Assembly: GCA_913052485.1 (NCBI GenBank)
Contig: CAJXDN010000001.1
Location: 2,444 to 66,443, forward strand
From: an uncultured Flammeovirgaceae bacterium
GTDB lineage: Bacteria > Bacteroidota > Bacteroidia > Cytophagales > MED-G16
DNA length: 64,000 bases
Reading direction: 5' to 3'
The notes beneath the pieces were generated by a model. It was not told where the DNA came from and made no database searches. It saw nothing but the letters and a program-made list of their open reading frames with translations. Positions 1 to 9,900 of the stretch are shown here, one piece after another. Positions within the stretch are counted from its first letter, which is position 1, and each line of letters begins with the position of its first letter. The position numbers and the translations under genes were made by a program.

Positions 1-279
1 GAGTCAGGAGAGAAACTTTCTTTAAATGTATGGTCATCTAGCGCTGGTGGTCCTCAGGGACATGTCAGAGTATCATTTGGTTTTACAAGTATGGAGCATT
101 ATGGTAACTTCAGACAAATTATGAATAAAGTTTCAGAAACTTACGATGAGTTGTATGGTAACAATTCGTGGGATACTGATATCGAACTCTTGAGAGAGAG
201 CTTAGTTATGTGGGGTGCACAGACAGAACTAGTAAGGTTTCTGCCTGATTTAAGTTCACCACCTATTTCACTTCAATAA
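1..279 (+). CDS. C-terminal fragment of a hypothetical exported protein (5' end outside the window); probable paralog of the downstream genes
   Basis: Frame 1 is open from base 1 to the TAA at 277-279. The tail (LSLNVWSSSAGGPQGHVRVSFGF...) parallels LTLGQFVSGRADGVSHYILIS in the C-terminal half of the 290..976 product. Confidence 0.5.
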   Translation, partial: ESGEKLSLNVWSSSAGGPQGHVRVSFGFTSMEHYGNFRQIMNKVSETYDELYGNNSWDTDIELLRESLVMWGAQTELVRFLPDLSSPPISLQ

Positions 280-289
280 ATAATATATC

Positions 290-976
290 ATGAGAAAATT
301 GATTACAATTATCTTATTTTCATTTATTTCATTTGGGTTATATTCCCAGGAATATGTTTGGTCTGTCTATAATGTTAAAGTGGACAGAGTTAATGCTGGT
401 CAAGTTGTCACAGCAATGGATAACTACTTATCACAACCCGGAAATTTAGTTGATGGGGTTACAGTATCTCTTTTTGAGATTATGTTTGCAAGTGATGATA
501 ATGAGGCTACTCATGTTATCGCTTTCACTGGTGATCCTGATGCCATGAACGCAATGTATTCTGCTGGTCAGAATGATCAGTGGCAAGTTATGATGAATAC
601 GTTTGATCAGTTGACTGAGAGTAAAGGTTCGGCTGCTGGGAGATCGATTTATACTTTTAATGTTGATGCTGAGGGACCTATCCATCATATACTTCAATTA
701 AAAGTCGATGAGCCAAGCAAGTACGCTCCTGCATTTAAGAAGATGTGGACAACAGTTAAACCTGACAACAGATTAACACTAGGACAATTTGTTAGTGGTA
801 GGGCTGATGGCGTATCTCATTATATCCTTATTTCTAATGATGACTTCAAGGACCTTGTGACACAGCGAGAGTGGAATGCTAAGGAGAGGGCGGCATGGCA
901 GACATACAGGAAGGAAAGAGGTGATACGGAGGTAATATCAACCATGACTAGAGCTCTTGTAAAACAGTGGAAATAA
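290..976 (+). CDS. hypothetical secreted protein made of two ~100-aa halves
   Basis: 228-aa ORF with an N-terminal signal peptide (MRKLITIILFSFISFGLYSQ). Member of a same-strand tandem array with 7-13 nt spacers. No recognisable catalytic motif. Confidence 0.7.
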   Translation: MRKLITIILFSFISFGLYSQEYVWSVYNVKVDRVNAGQVVTAMDNYLSQPGNLVDGVTVSLFEIMFASDDNEATHVIAFTGDPDAMNAMYSAGQNDQWQVMMNTFDQLTESKGSAAGRSIYTFNVDAEGPIHHILQLKVDEPSKYAPAFKKMWTTVKPDNRLTLGQFVSGRADGVSHYILISNDDFKDLVTQREWNAKERAAWQTYRKERGDTEVISTMTRALVKQWK

Positions 977-983
977 TAGGAAT

Positions 984-1736
984 ATGAAAAAGCTATTATT
1001 AATATTATTTGTACCTTTTATTGTTAACTCTCAACAGATAAGCGTTATGGACGCTGTTGTACTTAAGGAGGGTTCTGATGCTGACTACATTGAGATAGAG
1101 GATTTCTGGTCAAAGATTCATGAGGATATTATAAGTCAAGGTAAGAAAATGCAGTGGTCAATTTGGAAGACATCACCTGGTGACCCAATTGCTGCTGATA
1201 CTAAGCCGGCCGATTATATAATTTTTAACAATTATGAGTCACAGGAGCAGTATGATGCGAGTAGAGATATTGACTACACAGCTGTTGCTCAGAGAGTACA
1301 CGGAATATCTAAAAAGAAAGCTCAGAAAATGATAGATAGTTCATTTGATCCGAGGGAGACCACAAGGTCATATACACTATCAATCCAAGCTCAAGCTGTT
1401 TCATCTGACTTCAGCCCCCAGCAGGGTATGGTTTGCTCAATATCACTTATGAATCAAAAAAATGATGATTATGAGTCTTTTGAGAAAGAGGTCTTCAAGG
1501 ATCAGTTTCAAAGGAGAATAGATAATGGAGATCACTCTTTTTGGGGTTTTACTAGGGTAGAGGAGAGGTCAGAAAATGCCTATACACAGTTTTCTCACAT
1601 ATGTTTTAACGTTGGGGAGCAGGGTGGAAATGCAATTGAAAATGACTTTAAAACGCAGAAATTAGTTGACTTAGGCATACAGTCAAGAGATATGTTACCA
1701 AACTCTGGGTCAATGGAACTTATACTTTTTAAATAA
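984..1736 (+). CDS. hypothetical secreted protein (tandem-array member)
   Basis: 250-aa ORF with signal peptide MKKLLLILFVPFIVNSQ. Shares a repeated pattern with the next gene (helix ending ...I..G....W, then ...F/PW.G.) in both halves. Confidence 0.7.
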   Translation: MKKLLLILFVPFIVNSQQISVMDAVVLKEGSDADYIEIEDFWSKIHEDIISQGKKMQWSIWKTSPGDPIAADTKPADYIIFNNYESQEQYDASRDIDYTAVAQRVHGISKKKAQKMIDSSFDPRETTRSYTLSIQAQAVSSDFSPQQGMVCSISLMNQKNDDYESFEKEVFKDQFQRRIDNGDHSFWGFTRVEERSENAYTQFSHICFNVGEQGGNAIENDFKTQKLVDLGIQSRDMLPNSGSMELILFK

Positions 1737-1749
1737 TTAATTTTTAACT

Positions 1750-2514
1750 ATGAAATATTTACTAAATCTAATTTTTATATTTTTAATTACTTTCGTGTCA
1801 ATAGCACAAGATAACTGGGATCCTACTGATCATAAAGTTGGTTATTGGCAGTTTAGGCAGATAGCTGAAGATGATGTGGCAAACTTCCTATACAACGAGA
1901 ATAATGTTTACAGGGGAATTGTAAAAGAGGCTATTGCTGAAGGTGATATGGTTCACTGGGGATTAGCCAGAAAGTTGACAGGTAATACATCTACCGGTCA
2001 TAACTACTTCTTTTATAATGGTTTTGCTGAAGTGTCTGATCTAGATAGCCCTACTTGGGGATCTGGAGCAAATTTTGGTCTAAGACCTGTGGGCTCTGCT
2101 GGAGTTCTTGGCGCTGTTTATACCTCGCCAGCAATTCAAGTCTTTGCTGACACTCCAAAACCAGGAAACTACATTGTTGTAAATACTGCAAATCCTACAG
2201 ATGTGGGTGCATTTGTTCAATTACAAAATAATGTATGGAAACCATTTATTCAGGGTTTTATCAATGACGAGAGTTCACCATGGGCAGGCTGGGAAGTTCA
2301 AACTGTAATGTCTCCTACTGGAAATAGTTCCTCATGGAGTGTTGTTACGATTGATCATTTTACAACTTTGAGTGGAGCAATGAATTCTTTTCCAAACGGA
2401 GCTGAATGGCCAGAGGGGCTACAGGAAATTAATGATTTATTACCAAATGGTAAATTCACAAGTACTGTAATATATGAAGTTGTATATTATGAAGGTCCTG
2501 GTGCTAGTAAGTAA
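1750..2514 (+). CDS. hypothetical secreted protein (tandem-array member)
   Basis: 254-aa ORF with signal peptide MKYLLNLIFIFLITFVSIAQ. Same two-half layout as 984..1736. Confidence 0.7.
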   Translation: MKYLLNLIFIFLITFVSIAQDNWDPTDHKVGYWQFRQIAEDDVANFLYNENNVYRGIVKEAIAEGDMVHWGLARKLTGNTSTGHNYFFYNGFAEVSDLDSPTWGSGANFGLRPVGSAGVLGAVYTSPAIQVFADTPKPGNYIVVNTANPTDVGAFVQLQNNVWKPFIQGFINDESSPWAGWEVQTVMSPTGNSSSWSVVTIDHFTTLSGAMNSFPNGAEWPEGLQEINDLLPNGKFTSTVIYEVVYYEGPGASK

Positions 2515-2536
2515 TTAAAATTATCTAATAATTATA

Positions 2537-2565
2537 AAGCCCTTCATTACGGAGGGCTTTTTTTA
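2537..2565. terminator. bidirectional intrinsic terminator between convergent genes
   Basis: Hairpin AAGCCCTTC-attac-GGAGGGCTT followed by a T-run (aaagcccttcattacggagggcttttttt). It sits in the only sizeable convergent spacer in the window. Confidence 0.7.
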
Positions 2566-3357
2566 TATGCTCACTCTAAAACCAAGTAATGTGTCTGTCT
2601 CATTAGAGATAGATGGTATGTAAGGTTCGGATTGAACTCGAGCATTAAATTTCAAGAATATAGTTGCCTTCTTACTAATTATATAATTCAAAGTTGTATC
2701 AAAAAACACTCTATAATTTTTAAGCCTACTTGATTTCCATTGGCTATACATCACGGTCACTAAATTCCAGTGCGTATTAAATTTTAATCTTGTGAAAATA
2801 TTAAGTGTTAATCTTAGGTTATTATATGTATTTGGAGCAAATTCTACTTCCTGAAATTTATAGCTAGGGTATGATTCATTTTCATAGAATGCGCCCAAGG
2901 CAATATCAAAGTATCCAGTGTTTTTTGACGGGGTAATTCTCTTTCTTACACCTCCACCTACAAGGAACCTTCTATCAATTAAAGATCTCATACTTTTTCC
3001 GATCTGTACAAATGAAAAAATTGAATGATGCTTCTCAACATTATAATAATAATTGTATCTGAATTGACCTGATACATTATTCTTGAATGCATTCCCATTA
3101 AATTTCTGATAGTTATTAGAAAATGTTAATCTTAGTAGATTTTTACCTTTTACTCTTGAGCCTATTGTGAGGTTTGATTTTATCATGAAGAAATCAATAT
3201 TCCCTTTTTTATAATCACCCATTCCATCAATAAATAGGTGGAAGGTTGAATCAATTTTATTTAGGTTTGATTCAGTGTTAACTACTGTTTGAGAGAAAGA
3301 CATAAAACAGAAAGAAAATAAAGAAAATGAGAGGATTATTATTTGTTTTTTATTCAT
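2563..3357 (-). CDS. outer-membrane beta-barrel protein (DUF481-like)
   Basis: 264 aa with a signal peptide. Alternating hydrophobic beta-strand pattern, Tyr/Asn-rich, aromatic/hydrophobic C-terminal strand (LLGFRVSI). The family assignment is from memory of DUF481 and is not verified. Confidence 0.55.
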   Translation of the reverse strand: MNKKQIIILSFSLFSFCFMSFSQTVVNTESNLNKIDSTFHLFIDGMGDYKKGNIDFFMIKSNLTIGSRVKGKNLLRLTFSNNYQKFNGNAFKNNVSGQFRYNYYYNVEKHHSIFSFVQIGKSMRSLIDRRFLVGGGVRKRITPSKNTGYFDIALGAFYENESYPSYKFQEVEFAPNTYNNLRLTLNIFTRLKFNTHWNLVTVMYSQWKSSRLKNYRVFFDTTLNYIISKKATIFLKFNARVQSEPYIPSISNETDTLLGFRVSI

Positions 3358-3445
3358 TTGAAATGTTTTTTTTACCCAACAAAATTAAATTTATTTAATA
3401 ATTTTTCTTTATTATTAGATATTAATTTTGAATTAAAAACAGATT

Positions 3446-4048
3446 TTGGAGCTTAAAAAGTACGTGCCTGAGGCATTAATTAAGTTAGTTTATGATGATT
3501 TATCTATGAAATTAGATAATAAATATCATTATCATAACCTTCATCATACCAAAAGAGTAATTAACTCTGCAGGTGAAATTGGTAATCATTATAATTTAAG
3601 TCGTGACGACTGGAGAGATTTACTGACTGCATGTCTACTACATGATTATGGTTTTATTAAATCACACATTGATCATGAGGAAACTGGTTCTAAGATTTCA
3701 AAAGAGATCCTACCAGATTTCTATTATTCTGATGATCATATCGAGTCAATATCCTCTCTAATCTTAATAACAAAAGTTGCAGAGAAGCCAAGTAATCTTC
3801 TTGAATCAATTATAAGAGATGCTGACCTAGAATATATTGGCTCTGACGATTTCGAGAAAATATCTGAATATTTAAAAAAAGAATGGCTTGAATGTGGTGT
3901 TGTAGAAAACGATAATCAATTTTATAAAATTCAATATGAATTCTTGCTTTCTCATAATTTTTATACTGCTTATATGGGGGAAAAGGGTAGAGAGCAGAAA
4001 TTAAAAAATATCAGTTATTCTAAGAAGATGATGCATTTACATCAGTAA
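3446..4048 (+). CDS. HD-domain metal-dependent phosphohydrolase
   Basis: HD superfamily motifs H..HH (YHNLHHTKRV), HD (LLHDYGF) and a distal D (RDADLEY). TTG start as in the ORF track. An internal ATG (MKLDNKYHY) is an alternative start. Confidence 0.8.
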   Translation: MELKKYVPEALIKLVYDDLSMKLDNKYHYHNLHHTKRVINSAGEIGNHYNLSRDDWRDLLTACLLHDYGFIKSHIDHEETGSKISKEILPDFYYSDDHIESISSLILITKVAEKPSNLLESIIRDADLEYIGSDDFEKISEYLKKEWLECGVVENDNQFYKIQYEFLLSHNFYTAYMGEKGREQKLKNISYSKKMMHLHQ

Positions 4049-4549
4049 GAATTCAAGAATCAGAATTAATATCATAGAACAGAAAGAGTATATCATAAAC
4101 TTAATTGCTTTAGATATATTCATGTACTTATCTGAGGCGATCACACCATTAATAAATGCTTGTTCAGCGAGTAATTCTTTTAGTTTTTTTTCATCCTCCA
4201 TAACACTAATAAGTTCTTTCGAGTATACCTGTGCATCCTTGTAATAGAAATTTATATCGTGAAAGAAAAAGACTGATTTTTTAAGTTTTTGATTTATTCT
4301 TGGAATGTATGTTTTAAATGCAAAAAAAATTGATGTGAGGGTGAACCCTAAGAAAATAGCACCCATTATATATAGTAAATATTTATATTTTTCTGGAATT
4401 GGCAAACTGCCGCTTACATCATAGGCTAATCCAAATACTAAACCATATGCGGTTAAAATTAGGGAGGCTTTTAATTCTGAGTGCTGTATATGATGTACAT
4501 TATAATCAATGAGGTCCCAGTAGTTGGAAATAATTGAATTTTTTTTCAT
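4037..4549 (-). CDS. small 3-TM membrane protein, DUF5706/PycTM-like (Pycsar-effector-family-like transmembrane domain)
   Basis: 170 aa. N-terminal W-x-x-I ... SELKASLILTAYGLVFG segment followed by a second TM (YLLYIMGAIFLGFTLTSIFFAF) and a C-terminal TM. This resembles my recollection of the DUF5706/PycTM family, which is often fused or adjacent to HD domains. No cNMP-binding domain is present. Confidence 0.55.
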   Translation of the reverse strand: MKKNSIISNYWDLIDYNVHHIQHSELKASLILTAYGLVFGLAYDVSGSLPIPEKYKYLLYIMGAIFLGFTLTSIFFAFKTYIPRINQKLKKSVFFFHDINFYYKDAQVYSKELISVMEDEKKLKELLAEQAFINGVIASDKYMNISKAIKFMIYSFCSMILILILEFLLM

Positions 4550-4636
4550 AATTTTTATTAATCAAATTATATATAAATATATCAAAAAGTAGCTTAATTT
4601 AATTGTTAATGTGTATTTATCTAGTTAAATTTAATT

Positions 4637-5062
4637 ATGAATAAGCAAAATCCAGTAGTTGAATTAAAATTACCTGTAATCCCAGATATTGAACTTTCTG
4701 CGACAAAAACAGCTGAAGTAATTTCAAGACACATGAACTTATCTGAAGAGAAGACAGGTGAAATTAGCATGGCCATTATAGAATCTTGTATTAATGCCTT
4801 TGAGCATTCTAAAACGAAAGAAATATTTATACACTTTATTATATCTGCCGACAAACTTACCATTAAAGTCAAAGATCAAGGTGTAGGATTCGATAAGTCA
4901 AAAGTGGAAATTCCTAATATCGAAAATAAATTAAACTCTGACGAAAGAAAGAGAGGTTGGGGACTGCAGCTAGTTTCAGCTTTGATGGATACCGTTGAGT
5001 ACGATAGTGATGAAACTGGTACAACTGTTACAATGACTAAAAAAAGAGAAGATAATGAGTGA
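4637..5062 (+). CDS. RsbW/SpoIIAB-like anti-sigma regulatory factor (serine protein kinase, HATPase_c_2)
   Basis: 141 aa. N-box E..NA..H (ESCINAFEHS), G1 box DQGVGF and G2 region RGWGLQLV. Overlaps the next gene by 8 nt. Confidence 0.85.
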   Translation: MNKQNPVVELKLPVIPDIELSATKTAEVISRHMNLSEEKTGEISMAIIESCINAFEHSKTKEIFIHFIISADKLTIKVKDQGVGFDKSKVEIPNIENKLNSDERKRGWGLQLVSALMDTVEYDSDETGTTVTMTKKREDNE

Positions 5063-5399
5063 TTCTATAAAAAATGTTGAGGAAAAAAGTGGGGTAGTGG
5101 TAATAACCACGAGTGGTTACTTTAATAATATTGCTGGCGATGCTGTATTAGAAGTATTTAATGAGAAAATGGAGGAGGGTAGAACTAATTTCTTAATTGA
5201 TATGGAGGATTCTAAAGTAGTGAATAGTATAGGTGTCTCAATTCTTATTGAATTAATTGAAAAATTACAGACTGTTGATGGAAAATTAGCATTTACTAAT
5301 CTCGCTGCAATTGTTGAAAAAACTTTTAACATTATGGGTCTCACTAAATACTGTGAAGTATATGACTCAGTTGATTCCGGGGTTGATAATTTATCATAA
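5055..5399 (+). CDS. STAS-domain anti-sigma-factor antagonist (SpoIIAA/RsbV-like)
   Basis: 114 aa. Conserved phospho-acceptor context DMEDSKVVNSIGVSILIELI, with Ser58 (codon 5226-5228) aligning to the DSSG serine of SpoIIAA. Translationally coupled to the upstream kinase. Confidence 0.85.
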   Translation: MSDSIKNVEEKSGVVVITTSGYFNNIAGDAVLEVFNEKMEEGRTNFLIDMEDSKVVNSIGVSILIELIEKLQTVDGKLAFTNLAAIVEKTFNIMGLTKYCEVYDSVDSGVDNLS

Positions 5400-5404
5400 T
5401 TTTA

Positions 5405-6967
5405 ATGGCAAAAATATCTTCAAAAAAATCAGTAGAAGATTTAGAAAAGCAACTCCTTAAGAAAAATAAAGATTTAAATGCCAAATATCTCGAGCTAGAA
5501 ACACTACTTGATTTAACAAATACTATTAACTCTTTAGAGGATCTAGATGAATTATTTTTTAGTGTTCTCTCTTTATCATCATCTATAATTAACTCATCCA
5601 AAGGATTATTATTATTGAAGAATGATATATCAAATATTTTTGATCCTGTATCTGTTTTCAATTTAGATGAGAAAAATATAAAAAAGCAGATTTTTAATAC
5701 TAGAACAGGTTTTCTTAAAAGGTTAAACTCCGATAAAAAATCTTTTATTATATCTAAAGAAGATAATTTCAATCACGATTTATTTCAATCTAGTTATTCA
5801 CTGGTTAGTCCAATCATTTACAATAAAAAGTTAGTTGGAGCATTAATTCTATTTGATAAAGAAACTAGAAATGGTATATGTGACTTTAGTAAGAATGACC
5901 TAAAACTTTTAGATGGAATATCTATGCAGACAAGTATAGCCTACCAAAATGTAAAGTTAGTTGAGTCACTTAAGAAATCTAACAAGTTGAATGATAATAT
6001 CATGTCATCAATCACAACAGGTATTATTGAAATTAATTTATTTGGAGAGATTCAGTTTGTTAATAAGGAGGCTATAAGACTACTAAAGAAAGATGAGAAA
6101 GAAGTTTTAGGAAATCATTACTTGATAATTTTTGAAAATGATGAGTTATTAACAAATATCATACAGTCTGTTGAGGAAGATCAGGAGAGAGTTTTTGAGA
6201 CTGAGTTTTCACTTAGTTCTGGTAAGAAAAAAATTAGTGTGAATATTTCATTTTCACCTGTATTCGATGAGAAGAAGAATTTTTCAGGAATTGTTATAGC
6301 AATCGACGACTTATCAAAAATAAATAAGGTTAAGTCTACATTTAAAAAGTATGTATCAAAAAATATTGTAGATAAACTTCTAGAAAATGAAGATTCATTA
6401 AATCTCGGGGGGAAAGAGAGTGAGGTTACTATCCTATTTTCGGATATCAGAGGTTTTACAAGTATGTCAGAAAAATTAAATCCTACTGATATTGTAAAGC
6501 TTCTGAATAAATATTTTAAGTCTATGATTGATGTTGTTTTTAAATATAATGGAACCTTGGACAAGATTGTAGGAGATGAATTAATGGTTCTTTATGGTGT
6601 GCCATTGAAAGATGAAAAAGATACACATAATGCTGTTAAGACTGCTATTAAAATGTTTGATGCTCTAGATCTATTTAATAAAAAAATTGTAAAAGATGGG
6701 TATAAGCCTTTTAAGATAGGAATAGGAATTAATAAAGGAAAAGCTGTTTCTGGAAATATAGGTTCTGAACAGCAAATGAATTATACTGTTATTGGAGATA
6801 CCATTAACTTAGGTGCAAGGCTCTGTTCACACGCGAAATCAGGACAGATATTAATTTCTGAATCTGTTAAAGATATAATTGGTGACGATTATAATTTTAA
6901 AAAGATACCCTCAATAGAGGTGAAAGGAAAGTCTAAACCTATTGTCGTCTGGTCCTACAGACACTGA
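5405..6967 (+). CDS. GAF-PAS-class III adenylate/guanylate cyclase
   Basis: The C-terminal cyclase homology domain has metal-binding Asp residues (ILFSDIRGFT, IVGDELM) and a transition-state Asn/Arg (GDTINLGARL). Upstream are a PAS-like segment (IMSSITTGIIEINLFGEIQFVNKEA) and a GAF-like segment. Starts 5 nt after the STAS gene. Confidence 0.88.
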   Translation: MAKISSKKSVEDLEKQLLKKNKDLNAKYLELETLLDLTNTINSLEDLDELFFSVLSLSSSIINSSKGLLLLKNDISNIFDPVSVFNLDEKNIKKQIFNTRTGFLKRLNSDKKSFIISKEDNFNHDLFQSSYSLVSPIIYNKKLVGALILFDKETRNGICDFSKNDLKLLDGISMQTSIAYQNVKLVESLKKSNKLNDNIMSSITTGIIEINLFGEIQFVNKEAIRLLKKDEKEVLGNHYLIIFENDELLTNIIQSVEEDQERVFETEFSLSSGKKKISVNISFSPVFDEKKNFSGIVIAIDDLSKINKVKSTFKKYVSKNIVDKLLENEDSLNLGGKESEVTILFSDIRGFTSMSEKLNPTDIVKLLNKYFKSMIDVVFKYNGTLDKIVGDELMVLYGVPLKDEKDTHNAVKTAIKMFDALDLFNKKIVKDGYKPFKIGIGINKGKAVSGNIGSEQQMNYTVIGDTINLGARLCSHAKSGQILISESVKDIIGDDYNFKKIPSIEVKGKSKPIVVWSYRH

Positions 6968-6968
6968 A

Positions 6969-9900
6969 TTATTTTGCTAGTTTTTTACAGACTACAATCG
7001 TAATATCATCAGGGTTATGAATACCTTGAAGCCAGTTATCAGATAATTTTACTAATTCGTCTTTTATTTCATCAGCAGATTTTAGAGAGTGTTCCTCAAC
7101 GCAATTTTTGACTGCTTCATAATCAAGCAAATCACCTTTTTTATTCGGAGCTTCTGGTAGACCATCTGATATCATGACTAAGACATCGCCTTTTGAAAAC
7201 TTTTTATCTAAAACTGTAAAATCCTCAGTCATTAAACCTCCAAGTGGTAAATTAGAAATTTGAATTTCATCAACCTTATTTTTTTTCTTTTCAAAGTGAT
7301 ATATTGGAGGCATAGCCGCAGAACTTAATTTCATAGATCCATTTTGGAAGTGGGCAAGGTTGAGACTCATCCTCAGTCTACCAATATCTACCTTTTTAAT
7401 TATTTTATTTAACGTCTTCATTATATAATTTGGATCCTTTGAATCAATACCAAGGAGACCTGCTTTAGTTATTGATACCATCATACCAGAAGCAGTCCCA
7501 TGACCAGTAGCATCTCCACAAATTACAAGCAAGCTCCCATCTTCAAATTCAATGAAATCGTAATAGTCTCCACCTACTTCTGTGGCACACTTTATATATG
7601 TGCTGATATCTAGATCATTTCTTTTAGGGTTTTCTTTTGCGAGGAGCCCCATCTGTAAATTATGTGCTTCCTCTAGCTCTTCTTCTTTTCTCTTATCCTC
7701 CATTAATTTTTTTGTTCTATCTTGATTAAATTTAACATACATGTAGATTGATGAAACAATAAGAACTATGTATGCTATTATAGCATATATTGTGAGGTAC
7801 CACGGTGGAATTACTGATATTGAATATTCAACCTGGTTTATACTTTCAATTCCTGAGCTATTAGTTGATTTAACTCTTAGTGTGTAATCACCATAAGGTA
7901 ATAGAAGTTTGTTTTCAGCAAAATTACTTTGTGAAAAACCTGAGCTTTGAATAATAATTTTTCTATTTGAGCCAAGGCTTAACCAACTCTCATTTAGAGG
8001 TTCAAGCTTATAAAATAGCTGTGTGTTATTTGTTTTATAAAATGAGGGAGAGGATAATGTTAGTTCTATGTTGGTTATATCATCTGTTAAATTTATGACT
8101 GAATCTTCAATGCTTAAATTTAATTCATCATAATTTTTATCAATAATTTTAGATGACACTAGACTGATTACTGGATTTTCATAGTCAATAAAAAGATTAT
8201 AAAAATCTATTTTCTGAATATTATTATCTGAAAATACGTATAAGAAATCATCATAAAAACTTAGTCCATTTTTTAAGAATTTACCAATTTCTAGTCCATC
8301 TTCATTATTAATATTTCTTAGGTTATTATTATTTCCATCAGTGAGGGTAGACATTACCTCGAAATCAAAATAATTAACGCCCTTGTCTGTTAAAATGAAT
8401 AGATGCTGATAAGTTTTTAGAAAACCTAAAATATTATTGGATAATAACCCATTCACTGTTGTGAAGTTTTTAAATCCAATGGAATCATTTTGGTAGATAA
8501 AGATACCATCACCATTCGTCCCAACATAGATCTCATCGTTATAGTCAATAAGACTACTTATTGAAGAACTTGTGATACTTGTTTTATCATTTATGTCAAA
8601 AATATAATGTTTTACTAAATCTAAATTTTTTGAGTATCTGTAAAGACCAGTATTAATATTAGAAACTAAAATTTCTTCATTTGGTAGCTTGAGAACAGAT
8701 GAAAATCCATTTGGCAATTTATTTTTAGTTCTTGGATTAAATTTAAAATTTCTAAATTCTTCACTATCGATATTTAATATAGATATTCCATTATCTAATG
8801 AAATCCATAGTTCTTTATTAAATTCCTCATCTATTAGTAGTGAAAAATTATTTATTATTCCATCCATTAATGAGTTCAGGCCTTCTGAGGAATATTCATA
8901 TTGACTTATGTCATCAGTATATAAATCTAAGATAAAAAGCTTATCAGTACCTATGTATAGGTACTCATCTTCCTCTAACAAAATAGTTGCATTGCTATTA
9001 GTTTTTTCTCCAATTATATCTTCTAGAGAATAGCTTACATATAATTCGTCTTCCTCAAAGACTAATATTCTAGAATCAGTTAATAAAACTCTATAGTAAT
9101 CATTTTCCTGAATTGCAATTATCTCTTCGTCATCATCTAGCTCCTCATTCTTAGTAGTTAAACTATTTAATTTTTCAGTAACTCTAAAAACTCCACTCTC
9201 AGTGGAAATATAATATGCACCTTTAAAGTTTCTGACATCATTTATCCTTAATTCATTCGACATAGGAACGTCTATATCAAGGTAATCATTTTTATTTTTA
9301 ATAATCCTTTTAAAACTATTTGATAAAGGTGCATACAGGACAAACTCATTATCAGTAATTTTTCTTGTCTTTCCAAAACCATTTATATTAGAAATCTTTC
9401 TGAGAAATATTTCCTCTTCATTAATTTTATCAATTATAAAAAGCCCCTCCTCTGAATGAATAATGATATCATCATCAACAGAGAATGTATTGTATATGTT
9501 AGTGTTTTTTAGACTGTTATAATTACTAATCTCGTTATTTTCAGGGTTTATAATAGCTAATCCATTCTGAGTTGCAGCTAATATTTTATTTGCAATTGCG
9601 ATCTTTCCGCTTGAAAACTTTTTATCAACAAAAAATAAGTCATTAATATAATTTGAATTTAATGTGTTTGAATCTTTTGTCTCATAAAATCTTTTATTCA
9701 AGTTCGAATTTAAATTGTATTTATTTAAACCATAACTCGTTCCAATCCAAAGATCTTGATTAACTTTTAAAAGAACTTCATTTTGGTTTATACTGAAGTT
9801 AGATGACGATATTGAAAGAGGATTTCTTGGATCAAATTTTAAATTTAAACTCGATAAGTCATTCAAATTTAAAATATATACTCCGTCATTTTTTGATGTT

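Noticed and set aside
4037-6967. A canonical Pycsar (pyrimidine cyclase) anti-phage system, formed by the class III cyclase plus the PycTM-like membrane protein
   Set aside because: The cyclase carries GAF and PAS sensor domains, sits in a kinase-STAS operon, and has Lys/Thr purine-type specificity residues. The 170-aa membrane protein has no cyclic-nucleotide-binding domain, and the two genes are in different, divergent transcription units. The resemblance is kept only as a hypothesis about the membrane domain.
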